From assembly GCA_964620445.1 (NCBI GenBank), contig CAZUHB010000015.1, forward strand, positions 11,157-75,156: a DNA stretch of 64,000 bases, given 5' to 3'. The stretch comes from an uncultured Phycisphaerales bacterium (GTDB lineage Bacteria > Planctomycetota > B15-G4 > CAYZWU01). Made by a program: the position numbers and the translations under genes. The notes under the pieces were generated by a model, which was given only the letters and a program-made list of their open reading frames with translations, made no database searches and was not told the origin of the DNA. Below are positions 58,109 to 64,000 of the stretch, piece by piece (position 1 is the stretch's first letter; the number at the start of each line of letters is the position of its first letter).

Positions 58109-59305
58109 ATGAAATCGCCAAGAAGAGGTAGAGAGAAACTGGTTCGGGCGCTCGCCGCGATCTGTTTGTTCGCCGCACTCGGATGGGCTGTCACGGGATG
58201 CGGTTCGGAAGTGACCGAAGAGGACGCGTCCCACGCTGCCCACGATCACGTTGAAGGGCCCCACGGCGGAGCGATCGCTGACGTGACCGAAGGTGTGCAC
58301 ATGGAGGCGATCCACGATCCGGCAAAGGGCACGATCACCATTTACCTTCTGGGCGGGGACGCGCAGACACCGGTGGAACCGACCGAATCCCCTCTGCTCA
58401 ACCTGAAGACCGACGACGGCCCGGTCCAGATCGCCGCCCAGCCCGCCGAGGATTCGGCGTCCGAAGAATTCGGGTTTCTCTTTGCCGACGAAGGATTGAA
58501 GAACGACCACATCCACGGTCAGGTGGCGGTCTCGGTCGAGGGCCGGAAGTACTTCGTGGCGATCCCCCATCATCATGATCATGGAGAGAGCGGCGACGAC
58601 TGCGACGGCGACGACGATCACGAGGGTCACGACCACGACCACGCACACGATCACGGCGCCAACACGATCAGCCGCACCGTCTGGACAGACAAGTGCGAGT
58701 GGTTCGTGGAACTGGAAACACCCGAGAAGGGCCAACCCGCGGCCTTCGCCGCCCATGTGACCTTGCTCGATGGTTTTGCGCCGGCAGAGTCGGGCTCCTT
58801 CACGGTGGCGGCCCGTTCGGGTTCGCATGGTGCGACCGCCAAGGCCGGGTCCGTGGCGCGGCCCGGGATCTTCACGCCCGAGATCACCTTTCCCGAGACG
58901 GGGGAGTGGGTGCTGACGCTGACCTTCGACTCGAAGGGGATCACCGACTCGATCGATTGGACCGTGGCCGTCCACGATCCCGGCGAGGCGCCCGAGCCGG
59001 AAGAAGACGGGGAGGGTCTCATCTCTTTTCTGAAGGAAGCGCAGTGGAAGATCGCCTTTGCCACCGCCTGGTCCGAGACCGAATCGGCCGCGGGGAGCGG
59101 GGGGGCGGTCTTCGTGCACCGGAATGCGGTTCTTTCCGACGGGGACGATCGCGTCGTGCTGGTCCAGATCGATGGTGAGAGTTTCGAGGCGCGCAAGGTG
59201 GAGACAGGTCTGAGCAGCGGCTCCATGATCGAGATCGGGTCCGGCCTCGAGGCGGGCGAGCGCGTGGTGGTCGAAGGCGGCCGCGCCGTACTGGATGCGC
59301 GCTGA
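58109..59305 (+). CDS. His/Asp-rich lipoprotein with an RND-adaptor-like C-terminal beta-domain. Putative periplasmic metal-binding accessory protein of the efflux system.
   Basis: Lipobox VTGCGS. HAAHDHVEGPHGG and HHHDHGESGDDCDGDDDHEGHDHDHAHDHG. The C-terminus VLVQIDGESFEARKVETGLSSGSMIEIGSGLEAGERVVVEGG resembles the MFP C-terminal domain. Confidence 0.5.
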   Translation: MKSPRRGREKLVRALAAICLFAALGWAVTGCGSEVTEEDASHAAHDHVEGPHGGAIADVTEGVHMEAIHDPAKGTITIYLLGGDAQTPVEPTESPLLNLKTDDGPVQIAAQPAEDSASEEFGFLFADEGLKNDHIHGQVAVSVEGRKYFVAIPHHHDHGESGDDCDGDDDHEGHDHDHAHDHGANTISRTVWTDKCEWFVELETPEKGQPAAFAAHVTLLDGFAPAESGSFTVAARSGSHGATAKAGSVARPGIFTPEITFPETGEWVLTLTFDSKGITDSIDWTVAVHDPGEAPEPEEDGEGLISFLKEAQWKIAFATAWSETESAAGSGGAVFVHRNAVLSDGDDRVVLVQIDGESFEARKVETGLSSGSMIEIGSGLEAGERVVVEGGRAVLDAR

Positions 59306-59430
59306 TCGCGCTTTTTCCGATCGCCCGGCGCCCAATTTTTTTGTTTCGTTGTATTCGGATCGAAGAGATCTCAGAATTGGCCCGGGCACACCTCTCCTCA
59401 TCGGTCGTCAAGCGATCAAAGGAAATCCGC

Positions 59431-60006
59431 ATGAAACCACGGACTTTTGCATTCCGCGGCCGGGCCGCGATCTTCTGCCTGCTGTTGCCATCTCTTCTGG
59501 CCGGGTCGGTCTTCCTGGCGCAAGCGGTTCAATCGGCCCCCGGACCGGAGGATCGGGCAAGTTCGGACGAGGTGAGCCCCGCGGCCGCCCGCGCCGCGAT
59601 CGACGCCCGGTACGACGAATGGGCGCGCGCGCGTGTCGAACTCGACAGGGAGACGCTCGACTCGATCATGACTCCCGATTTCTACGTGCTCCTCTACGAG
59701 AAGAAGATTTCGCGGGAGAAGTTTCTGAGCGACATCACCCGGGAGACGGAGGGTGTGAGCCTCACCCGGTTCGATCCCGAAATCCTGACCGTGAGGAAGT
59801 CCGGCGACGGCTGGACCGCGGTGATCACCGAGAAGCTCGAGTTCTCGATTCCCGCCCCGGAGGGCGGATCGCAGAAGGTGTGCAGCTTCTGGGTGACGCG
59901 CGACGGCTGGCGCAAGGATGGGGACCGGTGGGCGGTCGCCTTCAGCGAGGCGATCGGCCACGAGACGTGGGGCCCGGGGATTGCGCCTCCCATCGCGGGG
60001 TGGTAG
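59431..60006 (+). CDS. Secreted NTF2-like/SnoaL-like (DUF4440-type) small protein.
   Basis: Signal peptide. The pattern AIDARYDEWARA...W....DGW resembles NTF2-fold proteins. Low specificity. Confidence 0.4.
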   Translation: MKPRTFAFRGRAAIFCLLLPSLLAGSVFLAQAVQSAPGPEDRASSDEVSPAAARAAIDARYDEWARARVELDRETLDSIMTPDFYVLLYEKKISREKFLSDITRETEGVSLTRFDPEILTVRKSGDGWTAVITEKLEFSIPAPEGGSQKVCSFWVTRDGWRKDGDRWAVAFSEAIGHETWGPGIAPPIAGW

Positions 60007-60177
60007 CGGGAGAGATCCCGGCCGGCCTGTTCGCTGTCGCGCCTTCCGGTGGATCGTGGTTTTGGCGGTTACTCTTCCACACATCGCCAATAGTATAATT
60101 CGATCAGGCCAGGACCGATCGATCGGATCGGGTGGTTCAGACTTCTTCGGGATTGACATTCCATACCGGCAGCGAAG

Positions 60178-61668
60178 GTGGTTCCAATGAGAACGCTCCT
60201 ACTCACCTTTTGTCTCGCGGCCGCGGCGGCCGCCGCATCCACCGACTACGTCGTTCTCTCGGGCGTTGGCGAGGATGATCCCTTTTACGAGGCCGCGACG
60301 CGGATCGCGAGGTTTCACAAGACGAAAGAGATTTTCCTTTTCGATCCGATGGCGCCGGTGGGCGTGCTGGAGGCGCTCAGGAACGCCGATCCCACCCATG
60401 TGGCCGTCGTGGTGAGGCCGGAGCAGATCCACGTCAACTCGGTCCGCCGCATTCTCAAGATGGCCACCATGCTCGACAACGATCCCTTCGTGGATTTCGA
60501 GTTCGGCTACATCACGGGAAGCACGGCCGAGGACGCGGTGCGCTTCGTGAAGAACATCGTGCGCGCCCGCAAGGGGGAGCACCCGCTACATCTGGGCGAG
60601 GTGGGTGTTTTCGGCGACGAAGGTGGGTGCGAGATCAAGGACATTCCGACCATCGTGGGTGAACTGAACTTCCCCACGAAATGTCTGCACTTCCGGCCGC
60701 CCGGCGGGAAGGGCGACCGCGACATGGAGTTCATCGAGAAGAACCTCGGTCTCCTTTCGGGCCGCGGCGCCATCCTCCTCGGAGGCCACGGGGATCCCTG
60801 TGAAATCGCCCACGGGCCCCGGGCGGAGGACATGGCGCGGGTCGACCTCTTTCCGGCCGTGGCCTTCAACTACGCGTGCTGCACAGGGGTGACCGGAAAG
60901 TTCACGAATGATTTCCCCGAGAACGAATCCGCCGACAGCCTCGTTGTCCAGCGCATGGCCGATGTGGGCACGAGGCAGAGCTTCGCCCTCGCGATGATCC
61001 GCGCCGGCGCGGTCGGGTATGTGGCGTACGTCAACAATCGGCCCGGTGGACCGGAGCTCGTGATCGACTACCACCGGGTCCTCGCCGGGAGCACCCTCGG
61101 CGCGTCGCGACGGAACGACTACAACAAGATCACCCTGGGATATCTCGGTATCGGCGAGCCGGGGATCGTGGCCGGCGACGTTTTCGAGGGGAGAAAGATC
61201 CGCCAGGACGGACCGGAGGCCCGCATCCGTTCGGCGCTGGCCGACATGACGGGCGGGATCCTCTTCGGCGATCCTTCTTTCCGGCCCTTTCCGAGGAACG
61301 AAAAGCAGCTTCCCCTCGAGACGAAGGTGAAGCGGAGCGGCAACGAGCTCCGCATCACCTCGCGCATGCTGCCTTTCTACGTGGGCATGTGGTGCATGGA
61401 CCACTTCCGGAAGACCCCTTCGGGGGAGTTCGTGAACAAGCTCGCCAGCCGCGTGGCGTTCCCCTCCAAGATGGGCGCTGTCCGGTCGGTGGAGATCCTT
61501 TCGGCCAAGCGGGGCGAGGCCGATCTGACCACCCTGCCCGTGGTCTGGGCCGAGGAGATCGACCGCGGCCAGCGCTATCTGCACGTGAAGGCCAACTTTG
61601 CAGATGGCGGGAACGGGCTGGTGGAGATCGTTTTTCTGGCTCACTTCACCAAACCCTCCCGCCGCTGA
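60178..61668 (+). CDS. Hypothetical secreted protein with a clan-CD-like His-Gly / Ala-Cys dyad. Possible caspase- or gingipain-fold peptidase.
   Basis: Signal peptide. AILLGGHGDPCEI, then about 35 aa later VAFNYACCTG. The spacing and beta-strand context are like clan CD, and the alpha/beta N-terminus is reminiscent of the C25 gene above. Confidence 0.4.
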   Translation: MVPMRTLLLTFCLAAAAAAASTDYVVLSGVGEDDPFYEAATRIARFHKTKEIFLFDPMAPVGVLEALRNADPTHVAVVVRPEQIHVNSVRRILKMATMLDNDPFVDFEFGYITGSTAEDAVRFVKNIVRARKGEHPLHLGEVGVFGDEGGCEIKDIPTIVGELNFPTKCLHFRPPGGKGDRDMEFIEKNLGLLSGRGAILLGGHGDPCEIAHGPRAEDMARVDLFPAVAFNYACCTGVTGKFTNDFPENESADSLVVQRMADVGTRQSFALAMIRAGAVGYVAYVNNRPGGPELVIDYHRVLAGSTLGASRRNDYNKITLGYLGIGEPGIVAGDVFEGRKIRQDGPEARIRSALADMTGGILFGDPSFRPFPRNEKQLPLETKVKRSGNELRITSRMLPFYVGMWCMDHFRKTPSGEFVNKLASRVAFPSKMGAVRSVEILSAKRGEADLTTLPVVWAEEIDRGQRYLHVKANFADGGNGLVEIVFLAHFTKPSRR

Positions 61669-61731
61669 CAGGGGGCTCCTACGAACCGATTCGCTGATCG
61701 GATCCTGGCGTGATTGCTCTCTGTTTCGGGA

Positions 61732-62685
61732 TCAGTTCCGGCTCACGATGTACCACGTTCCGACACCGTCGCTCACGACGACCATGTATTCGAATTGGTA
61801 ATTGAGCGCATGGGTCGAGGCGCCTTCGATCATGTCGTATCCCGATCGCTGGACCGAAACGGCGCCATTACCGCTGGCGCTGATCTTCTTGATCGTGTAC
61901 TTGCGCCCTTTGCAGTCGGCCGCCGGCGGCAGAGTCACGTCGATGGAGCCCGTGGCGTAACTGTTGTTTCCCAGGATCACACTGTCCCACGAATCCGCCG
62001 TGTAATCGTCTGTCACCGTGGTGACGGCAGTGGCTGTCGATCCGTCGACGTGCATTTTGCTGCTCGGTTCGTCCGTCCCGACACCCACGAATCCGGTGAG
62101 GCCCCGGACGATCATGTTCGTGACCTCCGTGGTGGTTCCGCCATCGGTGGTCGCGTGATTGAACCTGATATTGCCGACGAGTCCGTAGGGTGTGTTATCA
62201 ACGTCGACGCCCGATTTCACCTCGACCGTTCCAGGCTGCCATCCACTCGAGTTGGGTAAAAACCGGATCCAGCCGCCCCCTTCGGCAGCGTTGCTGTCGG
62301 CGATGATGTCGAGTGCGCTGTAACCCGTTCCCGTGATCGTGTTGTACTGGGAATTCGTCAGGAGCAGGTCGGTGCCGGGCCGGCCGCCCGCCCGACCACC
62401 CGCGATCCGTACCTCACCCTCGAACAGGGACGGCCCCTGGCACAAGAGGGCTTCTCCCTGTCCGGAAAGGTTCACGGCGACGACACCCGCACCCTGGCCG
62501 TTGGCTTTTCCGCCCAGTGCGTGGCCGGTGCCCGTGTTCTCGACGCCAACGACGAAATCCGGATAGGGATAGTTTCCAGACAGATAATAAAGCCACCGGT
62601 CCCCGTTCGTGAAACCGAGGGTGAGCAGAATCGCCGACAAACCCACGACCACGCCCAGAATCAACTTCCATTTTCCAATGTTCAT
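61732..62685 (-). CDS. Hypothetical membrane-anchored, Gly/Thr-rich surface protein.
   Basis: Start MNIGKWKLILGVVVGLSAILLTL with an AGGAGG RBS. The body is beta-rich and G/T/S-rich. Confidence 0.45.
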   Translation of the reverse strand: MNIGKWKLILGVVVGLSAILLTLGFTNGDRWLYYLSGNYPYPDFVVGVENTGTGHALGGKANGQGAGVVAVNLSGQGEALLCQGPSLFEGEVRIAGGRAGGRPGTDLLLTNSQYNTITGTGYSALDIIADSNAAEGGGWIRFLPNSSGWQPGTVEVKSGVDVDNTPYGLVGNIRFNHATTDGGTTTEVTNMIVRGLTGFVGVGTDEPSSKMHVDGSTATAVTTVTDDYTADSWDSVILGNNSYATGSIDVTLPPAADCKGRKYTIKKISASGNGAVSVQRSGYDMIEGASTHALNYQFEYMVVVSDGVGTWYIVSRN

Positions 62686-63061
62686 TTCTTTCCTCCTTTG
62701 GATAGGGAAACAGGGTTGAGCCCTTCTTGGGCTCGATTCGTCGAGTAGAAATTCGCCTGATAGACGCGTCACTGCGGACCTAAGCGCAAAATCGTGGAGC
62801 GAGTGCCAAAGATTTCTGAATTTTGGAGGATCGATTTCGGATCCGCTCAGCGGTGGGCGGAGGCGGTCGCCGCCTCTGGAAGCGGGCAATCGACACCGAG
62901 CCCAAAAAAAGTACAAATTCGCTCCATGCTCTCGGCAAAGGGGCCGTATATGCCCTATAATCGTTCCTTTCCGGACCATCCCTCATGGAAGGTCCGGCTT
63001 TCACAGATACCTCAGACCAGAGCACCCGATTTCTTTTCAATTCCACCCAGGAGAATGAGCG

Positions 63062-64000
63062 ATGAAGCTTTTCTGTTCCGTTCTGTTTCTTGTCTTCTTA
63101 CTCAGCGTGCCCTCGTTCGCGGCCCCGGCCGGCAACGACCAGCTCCGCGACGACATGAACTTCGCCAAGTCGAAGGTCTATCCCGCCCTCGTGAACATTT
63201 CGGTCGTGGTCCAGGATTTCGGCGGGGGGCGTGCGCGCAAGTTCCCGGCCGCGGGCAGCGGCGTGATCGTGAGCCCCGCGGGCCACGTGCTCACCAACTT
63301 TCACGTGGCCGGCGACACGACACGCATCGTGTGCACCCTGCCGAACCGCGAGATGATCGAGGCGGACGTGATCGCTCACGACCCGCTCACCGACCTCTCC
63401 GTTCTCAAGCTGAAGCTCGAGCTGCGCAAGGATTCCACGGAGGGCCTTCCCTTTGCGACGCTCGGCGACTCGGACGCCCTTTCCGTGGGCGACTACGTGC
63501 TCGCCATGGGCAATCCGCTCACCCTGTCGAGCTCGATGACGCTCGGCATCGTGTCGAACACGAAGCGCGTCTTCACCAGCTTCACCGGTTCGGAGATGGA
63601 CGAGATGGATCTCGGCGAAGGCCAGACCACGGGGCTCTTCACCCGGTGGATCCAGCACGACGCCCTCATCCTGCCCGGCAACAGCGGCGGGCCGCTCGTG
63701 AACCTGCGCGGCGAGGTGGTGGGCATCAACGAGCTGGGCGGAAGCGGCGTGGGTTTCGCCATCCCCTCCAACCTGGCCGCCCACGTGCTCAACCAGGCGC
63801 TCACCTACGGCGAGGTGCGGCGCGGCTGGTTCGGCCTCACCTGCCTGCCCGTTCAGAGGCTCGGCCTCGACGAGGGCGCGCTCGTGTCGTGGGTGATCGA
63901 GAACGGTCCGGCTCACAAGGCCGGCCTCCGCGCGGGCGACATTCTGCTCGCCCTCGGCAGGGAGCCGGTCCAGGTTTCGATCTTCGAAGAGGTGCCGCTC
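63062..64000 (+). CDS. HtrA/DegP-family periplasmic serine protease (trypsin-like domain plus the start of a PDZ domain). 3'-partial at the window end.
   Basis: Signal peptide MKLFCSVLFLVFLLSVPSFA. His motif TNFHVA, Asp HDPLTDLSVLKL, Ser GNSGGPL. The start of a PDZ domain reads GWFGLTCLPV. It runs off the window end. Confidence 0.8.
   Translation, partial: MKLFCSVLFLVFLLSVPSFAAPAGNDQLRDDMNFAKSKVYPALVNISVVVQDFGGGRARKFPAAGSGVIVSPAGHVLTNFHVAGDTTRIVCTLPNREMIEADVIAHDPLTDLSVLKLKLELRKDSTEGLPFATLGDSDALSVGDYVLAMGNPLTLSSSMTLGIVSNTKRVFTSFTGSEMDEMDLGEGQTTGLFTRWIQHDALILPGNSGGPLVNLRGEVVGINELGGSGVGFAIPSNLAAHVLNQALTYGEVRRGWFGLTCLPVQRLGLDEGALVSWVIENGPAHKAGLRAGDILLALGREPVQVSIFEEVPL

Overview
A 64 kb, high-GC (roughly 65%) bacterial chromosomal segment with no rRNA, tRNA, CRISPR array, transposase or integrase that I can see. 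Genes are mostly long and tightly packed; the many long antisense ORFs in the six-frame track are GC artefacts. The content groups as follows. (1) 0-2 kb: a TlpA/redoxin-like thioredoxin-fold gene whose active-site motif reads C-A-P-TGA in frame, with an intact fold and a hairpin downstream of the UGA, so it is a candidate CxxU selenoprotein. Next to it, transcribed divergently, is a methionine-rich cytoplasmic protein. (2) 2-39 kb: a gene set dominated by secreted peptidases: S8 subtilase with FN3 repeats, M14 carboxypeptidase, M19 dipeptidase, beta-lactamase-fold serine hydrolase and C25 gingipain-like peptidase. These sit alongside large beta-sandwich and beta-propeller surface proteins (LruC+LamG, CarboxypepD_reg repeats, FG-GAP, DNRLRE), a sulfotransferase, a sugar-phosphate isomerase, an ECF sigma/anti-sigma pair and a YtrA-type GntR-SPFH four-gene operon with a palindromic operator. 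Three of the secreted proteins (M14, C25 and a 410-aa hypothetical) end in the same roughly 100-120 aa C-terminal domain, which may be an undescribed sorting or secretion tag. (3) 40.6-44.8 kb: a translationally coupled minus-strand operon, SAM-methyltransferase-bshC-bshB-bshA. This is a complete bacillithiol pathway plus a candidate NmbA-like N-methylase, implying N-methyl-bacillithiol. (4) 51-59 kb: a CzcCBA-type heavy-metal RND efflux operon, with the divalent-cation 'VDDAIV' TM4 motif, in-frame tandem repeats in the adaptor and His-rich segments. It is flanked by a small Cys/His-rich protein and a His/Asp-rich lipoprotein with an adaptor-like C-terminus. (5) Further hypothetical secreted proteins, including a second clan-CD-like (His-Gly ... 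Ala-Cys) protein, and a partial HtrA/DegP protease at the window end. I cannot assign a taxon from sequence alone.
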